Shown here: positions 25,677 through 34,352 of the stretch, piece by piece
How positions within the stretch are numbered: position 1 is the first letter of the stretch
Layout: every line of letters begins with the position of its first letter
Virus record (IMG/VR): IMGVR_UViG_3300037313_001645
Span: 1-37,164 of that record
DNA from: a virus
Lineage: Duplodnaviria; Caudoviricetes
Direction: 5' to 3' (one strand)
DNA: 37,164 nt
Made by a program: the position numbers and the translations under genes
The notes under the pieces: generated by a model
Databases searched by the model: none
What the model was told of the DNA's origin: nothing
What the model saw: only the letters and a program-made list of their open reading frames with translations

Positions 25677-25954
25677 ACATCAGTGTCGGTAAGATCGATC
25701 AGTTGGATCTCGTTTTTCTCAGGATAAATCAGTAAAGAAAAGTTGTTGGGTTCTTTGATTCTGTAGAATTTAAGAAACTGGCCCTGAAGCAGCTCAAACG
25801 CAATCAGAAGTCGCCGGTATCTTGCGTATAAGTCACTAAATGTTTCAAAGTTAATATCACTTGGGCTTCTTGAGATGCGCTCAGTGAATGCCTTCTGAGC
25901 CGCCTTTTCCCCTTCGATGTTAATTTGAATTTCCTTAGAAGACCGCATAGCCAC
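25673..25954 (-). CDS. Hypothetical protein
   Basis: 93-aa ORF on the main coding strand. Confidence 0.5.
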   Translation of the reverse strand: MAMRSSKEIQINIEGEKAAQKAFTERISRSPSDINFETFSDLYARYRRLLIAFELLQGQFLKFYRIKEPNNFSLLIYPEKNEIQLIDLTDTDV

Positions 25955-26072
25955 AGTTTGCCTGTAGCCGCACCTGAAATCGATTAAATCCCTAAATGTT
26001 TGGCCTTAATATTTTTTGATGGCTCCCGCCGGCTGAATCGCCGGCAGGACTGATTTCGAGAGATTCTAATAT

Positions 26073-26822
26073 TTAAGCGATGATCGTCCACATGTCCGAA
26101 GCATCTTTGTCGACGTAATCATAAGAGATGTAGCAATAACCTTTATCACCCCAATATTTGCTCCATGAGTTTCTAACGATGAAATGCTTATCATTATCAT
26201 CGTAACCAACAAAGAGCATGGCGTGGCCACCTTCAACTGACTCGCCTTTTTTTGGATCTGGGATAATTCCGGTCTTATTTGCCTTAGGACTCTGAAACGA
26301 ATCGTAAACAGAAATTCCAAAATTCACCGGAAGCTTTTGAGCAAGAGACTGTTTGATATCAGCAATGCTCAGAACTCTTAAATACTGTTCTATGGTTCTA
26401 TCGAGGCCCTCTTTATAAGCTGGAGCCGGCGGCTTAATCTTAAATTTGCTGATCCGATATGGCCAAGTGGTTTCGCTACAGACCCCGTACTTCTTGAGGG
26501 CTTTGATTCCATCTCTGAGATTGGCTCCTGAGTCCCGGCCAGTTGAATTAATGTAAAGCCTTTCGTTGTAGTAAATAAAAAGCCTTGAAGCATCGATAAA
26601 CTTTTTCTTCTTTTTCCAGAGATATTCCAAATTGCCCGCAAAAGCGTTAGCCGTGCAGCTTCCAAGCTGCCCCTGATCTTCAACTGGAGACATCTCGCTT
26701 CTAAGATCTACTCTTTTTGGAAGCCTCAAAACTCTAGGAACTTCGAGCTTAAATAATTTATCTCTTCTATCTGGAAGATCTGGGATAATGTAGCCAATTT
26801 GGTGCTTTTTAACTGCTGCCAT
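26073..26822 (-). CDS. Papain-family (C1A) cysteine protease
   Basis: VDLR, QGQLGSCTANA (Cys), GGHAML (His), RNSW (Asn) and WGDKGY motifs. Confidence 0.92.
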   Translation of the reverse strand: MAAVKKHQIGYIIPDLPDRRDKLFKLEVPRVLRLPKRVDLRSEMSPVEDQGQLGSCTANAFAGNLEYLWKKKKKFIDASRLFIYYNERLYINSTGRDSGANLRDGIKALKKYGVCSETTWPYRISKFKIKPPAPAYKEGLDRTIEQYLRVLSIADIKQSLAQKLPVNFGISVYDSFQSPKANKTGIIPDPKKGESVEGGHAMLFVGYDDNDKHFIVRNSWSKYWGDKGYCYISYDYVDKDASDMWTIIA

Positions 26823-26942
26823 ACGATTCCTTTCGTTAAACCTGGTTTAAATATTCCAGGGCTAAAAATATTAATAAAATCGGGATTGAGAGAATTATTA
26901 GTGGAACTAAAATAAATGTTTTAAGGAAACGACTTGTGATTC

Positions 26943-27668
26943 TCACTCGGCACCTCGCAGGGCTTTATCTAAAATTGCACATGGTCTTGCTAATTCTTCG
27001 GGTAAACACTGCCGAGCACTTTTTATCGCCGCTTCCAAATTCTTCACTCGCTTTTCCGACAAAGCCAATGCCTCAGCTTGGTGAAGTTCCTTTTTAAAAG
27101 CCTCTTCGTATTCTTTAATCCGCTCATTCGCTTGTGCTAGGGCTGCGTCTTTAACCTTAATCAAATCATGTGCAATTTCCGACTCATCATAAGTAGATTT
27201 ATACATTGACTTTAAGCCATCGTTATCTACTTTCAACCGCTCGATTTCTGCATTGGCCTGCGCGAGACTGTCTTTAAAAATTTGCTCGCACCCTTGAAGT
27301 CCTCGAGATAGCATTTCGTTTTCACTTTTTAAGGCCCCAATCTGCGCGGCCAGTTGCTCATCTCTCCAATATGCTCCAGCCGTAAATGTTTCTAAGTAAA
27401 GAACCTTCTCAACCTCGTCGGTAATGCCCGCTAATTCTTCTTTCAAATACTTTGAAGCGGCATCCATACAATCTTCAAAATCCATCTCCGGCGCAGATTC
27501 TTTGAGATGCTGTTCGCAAGCGTCCCAGCCAAACTTAACTCCACGAGCAGTGAGAGATTTTTCGTAAAGATTTGCCTTATAATATTTAACTTCGTCCTCT
27601 GTTAAGTGAGGCATGTTTTCAATAAAGAATTTCTCCGCTAACTCATCCCGCTTCTTGTCGTGGTTCAT
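26943..27668 (-). CDS. Hypothetical coiled-coil protein
   Basis: 241-aa ORF; ATGA coupling. Confidence 0.65.
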   Translation of the reverse strand: MNHDKKRDELAEKFFIENMPHLTEDEVKYYKANLYEKSLTARGVKFGWDACEQHLKESAPEMDFEDCMDAASKYLKEELAGITDEVEKVLYLETFTAGAYWRDEQLAAQIGALKSENEMLSRGLQGCEQIFKDSLAQANAEIERLKVDNDGLKSMYKSTYDESEIAHDLIKVKDAALAQANERIKEYEEAFKKELHQAEALALSEKRVKNLEAAIKSARQCLPEELARPCAILDKALRGAE

Positions 27669-27868
27669 TTGGAGTCCTTTGGTTTGTAGCCATTTTCTTT
27701 TAAAATCTTTTTACCGCGCTGGATGCAATCAATGGTCATATCTAATTCGTATTCTCTTGCTTTATCTAAAGCGCCGAACTCTTTCATGGTTTCGAGCGTC
27801 TTTTGCCTTCGCCTTGCCACGTTAACGGCATGGTCTATCGCTTGGAGTTTTTCCTGTAATGTACTCAT
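27665..27868 (-). CDS. Hypothetical protein
   Basis: GAGGAG RBS. Confidence 0.6.
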   Translation of the reverse strand: MSTLQEKLQAIDHAVNVARRRQKTLETMKEFGALDKAREYELDMTIDCIQRGKKILKENGYKPKDSK

Positions 27869-27885
27869 CTCGCTAGCTCCTCTGG

Positions 27886-28326
27886 TTATTGATTTCGCAT
27901 CCCCAATAGTGGTGGCATGTTTCCTGTCTTGTAAGTGTCCTCGATTTGCGGAGTGATCAAGTGCCCAATAGTAGATCCATCTGGAAGTACAATATGGGCC
28001 ATGAATTCCTGCTCCAGGGTTGTAATTCCAGACTCAACGCACTCAAGTTTTGCTTTGATGGCAATCACCAAACAGCGCCAACGACGACGATTTTCTTGAT
28101 CAACATCTTTCTGACTTAACAAATAGTTTTTCTTATTTTTTGATTTACCATAAATTAAGGTTGGCAAAATCATCTTGATGTGTCGGCCTTTAAGTTCAAA
28201 AGCAATCATCGCAGTATCCGGTGACTCACCCATCATGAACGCTTGAGCACCATATTTTGATAGAATTTTTTTTATTTCTTCCTGGCTACGGCTGATTGGA
28301 ACGCTGGTGTATTCTGCGTATCCCAT
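27886..28326 (-). CDS. Conserved phage protein of unknown function
   Basis: YA..TSVP..RSQ.EI and RRWRCL..IKAKLE.VESGI...EF.AHIVLPDG motifs. Confidence 0.75.
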   Translation of the reverse strand: MGYAEYTSVPISRSQEEIKKILSKYGAQAFMMGESPDTAMIAFELKGRHIKMILPTLIYGKSKNKKNYLLSQKDVDQENRRRWRCLVIAIKAKLECVESGITTLEQEFMAHIVLPDGSTIGHLITPQIEDTYKTGNMPPLLGMRNQ

Positions 28327-28529
28327 TAAGGCTCCTTTTCCAAAGACTCATCGATTCTGTCGATCATGTGCTTTCGCTGATCGCGATTCAGATATTTCCA
28401 GTTCTCACTAACAGCTTGTTTCGGTTTGTGATTTTCTTGGCAAATTTTCCCGCAATATTTCTGAGTGCTCGTATGCAGGACCTTGAAGGACCTGCTACAC
28501 TTGATGCAGTTTCTTTCTTCGAGTTCCAC
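28326..28529 (-). CDS. Zn-finger small protein
   Basis: CIKC..F...QKYCGKIC; AGGAG RBS. Confidence 0.65.
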   Translation of the reverse strand: MELEERNCIKCSRSFKVLHTSTQKYCGKICQENHKPKQAVSENWKYLNRDQRKHMIDRIDESLEKEP

Positions 28530-28537
28530 ATTTTCTC

Positions 28538-28894
28538 CTAATCAAACCCGAGTGCCGCGACTGCGACTGTCGGCTGCCTCATTTGTTCAAAAACTCCGAT
28601 TTTTGGATCATTCGCAGTTTCAACCAGAAACTTTTCTAATTTTACATTTTTGGCGGCCGCAAGAAGGCGCTCTAGAAGTTGAGCATTTGTGAGCATCGTT
28701 AAAGGATTTCCGATTTCAGCCGCCAAAGCTTTGATGTAGTTGTCTTGAGCTCCATTCGCTACTGCGCTGAGAAAATGGTCCGACGTAGTATCGGAGCCAA
28801 TTTCGCCATTACTGAGCTTGTAAACGACCGTCTTTAGATCTCGGTTGTTTGGATTGAATGTTCTTACTCTCGTTACTTGCTTAATTTCTTTCAT
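28538..28894 (-). CDS. Hypothetical protein
   Basis: AGGGG RBS; follows the lectin-like gene. Confidence 0.65.
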   Translation of the reverse strand: MKEIKQVTRVRTFNPNNRDLKTVVYKLSNGEIGSDTTSDHFLSAVANGAQDNYIKALAAEIGNPLTMLTNAQLLERLLAAAKNVKLEKFLVETANDPKIGVFEQMRQPTVAVAALGFD

Positions 28895-28903
28895 GTGTTC
28901 CCC

Positions 28904-29842
28904 TTAATCTTTTAATGCTAAAAATTGTGCTGTTGTTAGTAGGCCCGAATACGGATCGTAGGTTCCAGTCTCTCCGGCTCCGAAGTTGACACCTGACTTA
29001 ACATCTGAGGCTGCTGGCTTTATACTTGTTCCAGTCACTAAGACACCTGCTTGTGTTTGTGTATTTGGTGAAACAATCTTGTCAGCTGAAAGTGCTGTCC
29101 AGTTAGAACCATCAAAAGAAGACACGTTCAAAAGAGAAGCTCTGGCAGTCCCTAAAGAACCTGGGCCAGACACTAGGGACATATTGTTTGGATCATCAAT
29201 CCCGTCGGAAATCCAAAACTCATCAACGCTTCCACGAATTGTTCCGGCACCTAATTGGGATGCTCCAAGAATGATGCTGTTAAACATCTCGTTAGTCCAA
29301 CTTGAAGTAAAAGATCCTGTTGCAGTGGCGGAACCTAAAAGAGTTGTTCCTTTATAAAGATTTATTCCATTTGCTGCATTAGTTCCGACAAATGTTAAAA
29401 GCAAATCATCCCAAGTTCCGGATGTTGGAGAGTAGGCGCCTAAACTGACAGCGTTTGCAATTAGCGTGGCAGTTTCGTTTTTAATTGTAATGTTCGCATT
29501 GCCTGAAGTTTCATGTGTTAACTCAATTATCGGTCCGCGCGGCCCTCCAAGACTTATTGACCAAAATGCTCGTCTCGCTGTTGGTGCCCCTGAATAACCG
29601 GGCTTGTGCCTTAGGCCAACTGAAATAGTGCGGCCATTTGGAGTGTTCTTTCTGCCAGGCCACTCAATGAACTTAATTGTGTCGTTCGTGTTTGAGTAAA
29701 CAAGTCCACTTCCTGAAAGAGCCGTGCCGTCGGCGGTTACAGCTAAAGTTGTACCTGTTGGTGTAACTACATTTCCGGTCTTTCCACCACTCGAATATTT
29801 TGCAGTTAAACTTAGCCCGTTAGCGTAAAATACTGTTGCCAC
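28904..29842 (-). CDS. LamG/concanavalin-like beta-sandwich protein, virion-fibre-like
   Basis: Thr/Gly/Ser-rich; W..LLLTF, INLYKG and GSVDEFWIS motifs; C-terminal PAASDVKSGV...LTTAQFLALK. Confidence 0.65.
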   Translation of the reverse strand: MATVFYANGLSLTAKYSSGGKTGNVVTPTGTTLAVTADGTALSGSGLVYSNTNDTIKFIEWPGRKNTPNGRTISVGLRHKPGYSGAPTARRAFWSISLGGPRGPIIELTHETSGNANITIKNETATLIANAVSLGAYSPTSGTWDDLLLTFVGTNAANGINLYKGTTLLGSATATGSFTSSWTNEMFNSIILGASQLGAGTIRGSVDEFWISDGIDDPNNMSLVSGPGSLGTARASLLNVSSFDGSNWTALSADKIVSPNTQTQAGVLVTGTSIKPAASDVKSGVNFGAGETGTYDPYSGLLTTAQFLALKD

Positions 29843-29850
29843 TGTTTACC

Positions 29851-30237
29851 TCACGAATAAGAAAGAGACGCGCGGTTGTCCCAAACGTTGTCATAATTGG
29901 AATTGCCATCTGCGTACTGAGTTGTAGTTATTCCGCCGCTCGAAGTGAGCTTTTTTATTTGCCAAGCCGGAGCGCTTGTAAGAGAACCAACGTCGGCTTT
30001 CCCCACATAAAGAACACTGCTCGATGCTTGATCTGTGATTGTAGTTTTCGTCGATGGTGAGCTCACCACATTAGCACCGGAATTTGAACTTCCAGTCCAA
30101 GCTTCCCAAGCTAAATTGCTTGGATTAAAAATCTTAAGCTTAACTGCGCCATCCCAATAATCTTCGTTGTCACTGCTATCTCGCAAAAGAATTAGCGCGT
30201 GAGGATGGTGCTCATCTCTTAATTTTCTTCCGGTCAT
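29851..30237 (-). CDS. Virion-associated-type small beta protein
   Basis: YVGKA..G......WQIKKL...YADG...DNVWDNRASLSY motif, recalled from phage structural regions. Confidence 0.6.
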   Translation of the reverse strand: MTGRKLRDEHHPHALILLRDSSDNEDYWDGAVKLKIFNPSNLAWEAWTGSSNSGANVVSSPSTKTTITDQASSSVLYVGKADVGSLTSAPAWQIKKLTSSGGITTTQYADGNSNYDNVWDNRASLSYS

Positions 30238-30263
30238 GAATCCCCCTTAAAAGTTTTCAACCC

Positions 30264-30369
30264 AAAAGAACCGCCTAGGTTATGGAGGGGTTGCAAGAGA
30301 GAGGCCCCGCCTAAGCAGCTCTTTTCGATTGAACCGGTGATTCAGCGACAAGCGCCATGGGCTCACCGG
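30264..30369 (-). ncRNA. Putative structured intergenic RNA
   Basis: 16-bp stem 30264-30279/30310-30325 fully paired only on the minus strand (3 G-U pairs); second stem 30334-30340/30363-30369. Confidence 0.5.
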
Positions 30370-30384
30370 AAGGCACCCTAAAAA

Positions 30385-30792
30385 TTACAACTGCGAAGTA
30401 CCTTCAACATTTCTTTGTTCACGGTCCTTCGTTCTCTTTTCTAACCACATAAGTGCTTCATCCAATTTTGTGATTGCTGAAGAGTTTTCACGACAAGGAG
30501 AGTTCTTGTTAAGTCCTTCAAGAATTGCTTTTGCTGCCGCAATTACAGTATCGACCTGGCAGCCGTTAACACCATTTTCTTTGACCGGTCCATTTTGCAA
30601 AGTGAAAGACAGTGAGTTTACATCGTGTCGAACGTACACGAAGTTAAATGGTCGAATGTCTTTTTCAAACCATTTGTAATCCATCGCGCCCGACTCATTG
30701 AATTTCTCAGGAAACTTTTCACGGAGTTCATCCATAACAACCACGTTGAAATTTCCAAGTTTCTTAATGCCCTTTAACGTCTCTAAAGCCAT
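30385..30792 (-). CDS. tad1: Tad1-family anti-defence sponge protein
   Basis: LQNGPVKENGVNG...RENSSAITKLDEALMWLEKRTKDREQRNVEGT matches the recalled Tad1 C-terminal signature (REN..A.T..EEALMW..R..DR..RNV.GT). Confidence 0.8.
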   Translation of the reverse strand: MALETLKGIKKLGNFNVVVMDELREKFPEKFNESGAMDYKWFEKDIRPFNFVYVRHDVNSLSFTLQNGPVKENGVNGCQVDTVIAAAKAILEGLNKNSPCRENSSAITKLDEALMWLEKRTKDREQRNVEGTSQL

Positions 30793-31032
30793 TTATCCTC
30801 CCTGTTGTTGAGCTTCTGAAATTTCCAAGTAATATTCTTTGCCAGGTTCGAAATCGACACTCGGATTCAAACAGCTAAATTTAAGCTCACCTGATGGCGT
30901 CCATTTCCAGAACTTTTTATTTTCATCGGAGCCACCAGTCACAGGGTTGAATCTGAAATCAATCTGCTGATTTTCTCCTGAGCCACGAATTGTTTTTTCC
31001 TGACACACGAATTTGCACCTAACCGTATCCAT
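30793..31032 (-). CDS. Conserved small phage protein (VR.KF...EN..FW..TPSG...GKEYY family)
   Basis: Motif pattern; GGAGG RBS; abuts tad1 with no gap. Confidence 0.7.
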   Translation of the reverse strand: MDTVRCKFVCQEKTIRGSGENQQIDFRFNPVTGGSDENKKFWKWTPSGELKFSCLNPSVDFEPGKEYYLEISEAQQQGG

Positions 31033-31057
31033 CTTACCTCCTTTGTTAATTATTTTT

Positions 31058-31351
31058 TTAAGCTCTATCGGTGAATAATATCTTTTCAGGTTTTACTAAA
31101 CGGACCTGGCCGTTTTCCAGCTCACAAATTCCGACGGTCTCCATGGCAGGAGGACCTTTTGGAGTTTTGTCTGATTGCTTTGCAATCCTAACGCCCCAGC
31201 AATGGAATGTTGCCATTTCTGTTTTTTCAACAACGGCGTCGTTTGACCAATCTTTATAGGTGACCTTTGCATTTCGTCCCCTTTGTCGCTTCAGTTCTTT
31301 AGGAGGCGTAGCCGAAGCTCCGTTCTTTTCATCACTTGTTAAATTCTCCAC
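31058..31351 (-). CDS. Hypothetical protein
   Basis: AGGGGAG RBS; ATFHCWG...TVGICELENGQV motif. Confidence 0.65.
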   Translation of the reverse strand: MENLTSDEKNGASATPPKELKRQRGRNAKVTYKDWSNDAVVEKTEMATFHCWGVRIAKQSDKTPKGPPAMETVGICELENGQVRLVKPEKILFTDRA

Positions 31352-31368
31352 ATGCTCCCCTTTTTTAG

Positions 31369-31435
31369 ACCGACGCGATTAGTGTGTTCAGTTTCGGCCC
31401 GACCCATTCGGACCTCCTCCCCTAACCGCGCCGGT
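31369..31435 (-). ncRNA. Putative structured intergenic RNA
   Basis: 14-bp stem 31369-31382/31422-31435 with 2 G-U pairs on the minus strand, enclosing a GGTCCGA/TCGGGCC hairpin. Confidence 0.5.
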
Positions 31436-31437
31436 TT

Positions 31438-31683
31438 TTAAAAATTTAATTGCGTTGGCTCATCTTTGAATTTTGGATCATCACTGAAATCATAGATCCT
31501 CGTTCTGTACTCCCTGAGTTCCGGATGCCGTCTTCGGAATTCCCTCGCCTCCTCGGGCTCAATAAACTTCTGAGCGTCGGACCTATTCCAGGTCCAGCTC
31601 CCATCCGGCTTTGCATAGAAGGGCCGAGGGCCAATCCCGCACTCAAGAACCCAAAAATATTTTCCATCCATGAAAACCTCCAA
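31438..31683 (-). CDS. Hypothetical protein
   Basis: ORF after the replication gene; start may be at MDGKYF after GGAGG. Confidence 0.55.
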   Translation of the reverse strand: MEVFMDGKYFWVLECGIGPRPFYAKPDGSWTWNRSDAQKFIEPEEAREFRRRHPELREYRTRIYDFSDDPKFKDEPTQLNF

Positions 31684-31693
31684 TTCGTTGATC

Positions 31694-32686
31694 TCATGCG
31701 TTTGCTTGCCATGATTGCTGTTCCGCTACTGACTGAATTAGTTTTGCTAGATCTTTTTTGCTGTACTCGTTAGCTGGCATTTCTGAGATCCGCCGGCGAC
31801 CGATTTTCTTAAACCATTCAAAACGAACGTCGCCTAAGAAAACTTGAATCTTGTCGGCCTCATCGGGGCCGAATTTCTTTACGGCCTGGAGAAGGTTTTC
31901 AGCCTCAATAAGCCAAACGTTTTCATGAGAAGTTTTTTTGATTGGTTGAGAGAAGTCTCGATTGTCGTATTTCCCCTCTAACACTTTGAGTCTAGTCTCA
32001 GGCTGCAAAAGAAAGTCAAAATCGGCCTTCCAACCTTTAGCCGAAGGGCCCCTATTGTTGCAGAAATCGCTTTTAGCGATTCTTTGAATCACTTCTACCC
32101 ATTTGTCGGCGGATGCCTCTTCCATACGAGCTTTAATGCGTTTGTTCCGCTCTTTGTTTGTGCCAATAACTTTAGGCAGATCACCACAATGCAAATTCCA
32201 AATTTCCGCGAGCTCTGGAAGTTTTTCCCCCGAACCCCCTTTATTAAATGCATCTCTACTTTCTTCTATACCTTCAATTAGTAGACTCTTAGACTCTACC
32301 CCCACAGTGGGGGTACTGTGGTCTGATGAGGGGATGATTACTTTATTATTTTCAACTTTGAATCCCAATTGTTCGAGCAGTGATTTGGCCTTCACTTTTG
32401 CTGACCAAGTGTCTTTTGATTCGCCATATTGAAACTCAAAAAACTTAACTATTAAGATTTTGTCTTTATCGAAGAAATGGATTCTATCTTGAAACCACTC
32501 TGCTAAAGTCTCGGCGTTTATCGTAAAGCCCAACTGGTAACTTGCGAGTTTATAGTTGATCTTCCAGACGCCCGTTAATTCGCAATCGTCGCAAAGGTAG
32601 AGCCACGCGAGTTTTGCTTTAACGGGCAGTTCCAGGAACCACTCATCTTTCCATTTTTTCGAATCAGTGAATCGCTTGTTGCTCAC
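31694..32686 (-). CDS. Replication initiator protein
   Basis: N-terminal KRFTD..KW.D.WF.EL wHTH-type domain; C-terminal GWKADFDFLL...KVLEGKY; AGGAGG RBS. Confidence 0.75.
   Translation of the reverse strand: MSNKRFTDSKKWKDEWFLELPVKAKLAWLYLCDDCELTGVWKINYKLASYQLGFTINAETLAEWFQDRIHFFDKDKILIVKFFEFQYGESKDTWSAKVKAKSLLEQLGFKVENNKVIIPSSDHSTPTVGVESKSLLIEGIEESRDAFNKGGSGEKLPELAEIWNLHCGDLPKVIGTNKERNKRIKARMEEASADKWVEVIQRIAKSDFCNNRGPSAKGWKADFDFLLQPETRLKVLEGKYDNRDFSQPIKKTSHENVWLIEAENLLQAVKKFGPDEADKIQVFLGDVRFEWFKKIGRRRISEMPANEYSKKDLAKLIQSVAEQQSWQANA
32282..32321. promoter_or_regulatory. Candidate replication origin element within the initiator gene
   Basis: Tandem TAGACTCT x2; palindrome TACCCCCAC-A-GTGGGGGTA (32297-32315); overlapping CCACAGT/ACTGTGG inverted repeat. 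Confidence 0.45.
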
Positions 32687-32784
32687 AGTGCTCCTCCTTG
32701 CGAAAAATCGAACAGGTCCTTTCCGTTCGTTTCGGACTTTCTACATTGCTTAAATTTTGGGCTTTGAAGTTTAAAAAATGGTCG

Positions 32785-32998
32785 AGGGTAACAAAAGGGT
32801 AACAACCTTTGGTCGAATATAGTGGCAAAAGTGGTTTAAGCCACATTTGGTTTTCGTGGGAATAAGCTAATTTTGTTATGGAGTTAGCAGAAAGTAGGTG
32901 GTGATCCGTAGAGGACTTCCAACCTTCTCCGATTTTCGCAATCAAAACACGTATTTGTGATTTTACAAAAGACAAAAAGGTAACACTCAGGGTAATTT
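32785..32998. other. attP site with tRNA 3'-end core (32899-32917) and arm-type repeats
   Basis: Minus strand AGTCCTCTACGGATCACCA resembles T-stem, acceptor strand and ACCA; AGGGTAACAA at 32785 and 32796, related GGTAA pair at 32979 and 32991; immediately downstream of int. Confidence 0.8.
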
Positions 32999-33010
32999 TT
33001 GAGAGGTTCA

Positions 33011-34135
33011 TCATGGACTCTCCTGAGAAGTTCCACGATCGACTTCCATCATAAGATCTTTTCCAGAAAGTTTCAGGTATTTCTTTTGATATGTCGCAAA
33101 ACTCATCCCAAGTATAGTCACAGCGATAATTGGGTTCCATTTATTTCTGGCCATGTTCGTTGCTGCAGTTCCGCGGAGATCATGAAAGCGAAGCGAGCCA
33201 ACGATTTTAGCGTCCTTCTTTGCTTCGTTCCAATCATCATCCAGTCGCTGGCTAGAAATGTGATTTGTGCCCAGCGTATTTGGAAATAAATAAATTGAAT
33301 CACCAGACTCTTTAAGCTGAGCTTCCAAAAGTGGGTTGATATAAAGAGGCACTGGAATGATGCGGGCAAGGCCGGTCTTGGTGTCGTCGGTATCTAACAC
33401 GTAAAAATAACGCCCATCTTCTTTTTTGATTTGAGTTTTTTCGATCGAAGCCAATTCCATTTTACGCATCCCAAGCACATAATCATTTTCAATTAAAAGC
33501 TTAGTTCTTATGAGCTTGGCAGATCTGACCAATTCGTTTTTCTCTTCTAAAGTAATAATGCGCGTCTTTACTTTGTTGTGATGGCGAATCTCAGTCTTTG
33601 GCAATACCAGTTTTGGCATCTGCTCAATTCGAATTGCTCCCACTCGGTGCATGTAATTGAGTAAGTTTCCAAGATACTTAAACGTGTTGTAGAATTGTTT
33701 TCCTGGCCGCTTTTCACGGTGCCAGTCCATAAACTCTGGTATCATGTCTGGCTTAATATCAGCTGGACGTAAGTTTCCCCAATATGGTTCAAGATTATTT
33801 TTCCATACACTCTTGATTCGAACTAAAGTTTGAGGCTTCACCTCTTCAGCTATTTTTTCTTTGATCACACCCTTTTCCCAAAAGTCCCTACACAATTGGG
33901 GAGCAAGTTTCGCTTTAGCCGCTTTTTGCTTTTCTGGGTCCGCAGTTGTAAGCCTTGCGAGAGCTGCCGGCAGTTTTCCAATGGCTTCGATGTAATTCTT
34001 CGTCTCGAGAGATTCCTTTTCGACTTTCTTATTTACGTTGATAACGGCATAAAAAATACCCGACTTCGCATCGATATAAAGATGCGCAGCACTTGGATTG
34101 CCTTTTTTGTCGAGGTGTTTTTTAAGATTAGACAT
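33011..34135 (-). CDS. int: Tyrosine integrase
   Basis: GMRKMEL (Arg), TKTG (Lys), FHDLR, LG, and C-terminal Tyr in KKYL. Confidence 0.9.
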   Translation of the reverse strand: MSNLKKHLDKKGNPSAAHLYIDAKSGIFYAVINVNKKVEKESLETKNYIEAIGKLPAALARLTTADPEKQKAAKAKLAPQLCRDFWEKGVIKEKIAEEVKPQTLVRIKSVWKNNLEPYWGNLRPADIKPDMIPEFMDWHREKRPGKQFYNTFKYLGNLLNYMHRVGAIRIEQMPKLVLPKTEIRHHNKVKTRIITLEEKNELVRSAKLIRTKLLIENDYVLGMRKMELASIEKTQIKKEDGRYFYVLDTDDTKTGLARIIPVPLYINPLLEAQLKESGDSIYLFPNTLGTNHISSQRLDDDWNEAKKDAKIVGSLRFHDLRGTAATNMARNKWNPIIAVTILGMSFATYQKKYLKLSGKDLMMEVDRGTSQESP

Positions 34136-34334
34136 CTGGGATTGGTCTTATTTCTCTTGCTTTGTATTCAGCAAAATCATTCACATGAATTGCGTAATCA
34201 CCTTTAAACATTTGCGCCTTTAACTTTCCAGACTTAATGTCTCTACGAATAGTTTCCGTGCAACAACCCATGTTATTTGCACAATCGGTTGTCGATAACC
34301 ATTCCCGCTCTAAAATTGTTTTCTTTGCTGCCAT
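34128..34334 (-). CDS. xis: Excisionase-like HTH protein
   Basis: WLSTTDCA...TETIRRDIKSGKLKA; overlaps the int start. Confidence 0.75.
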   Translation of the reverse strand: MAAKKTILEREWLSTTDCANNMGCCTETIRRDIKSGKLKAQMFKGDYAIHVNDFAEYKAREIRPIPDV

Positions 34335-34352
34335 AAACGTTCCCCCTTAAAG

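Noticed and set aside
32323-32330. CTGATGAG hammerhead-like core
   Set aside because: It lies inside the rep coding region on the antisense strand, with no stem II or GAAA partner
32664-33140. 158-aa minus-strand ORF between int and rep
   Set aside because: It overlaps both genes and spans attP, with no recognisable motif; likely spurious
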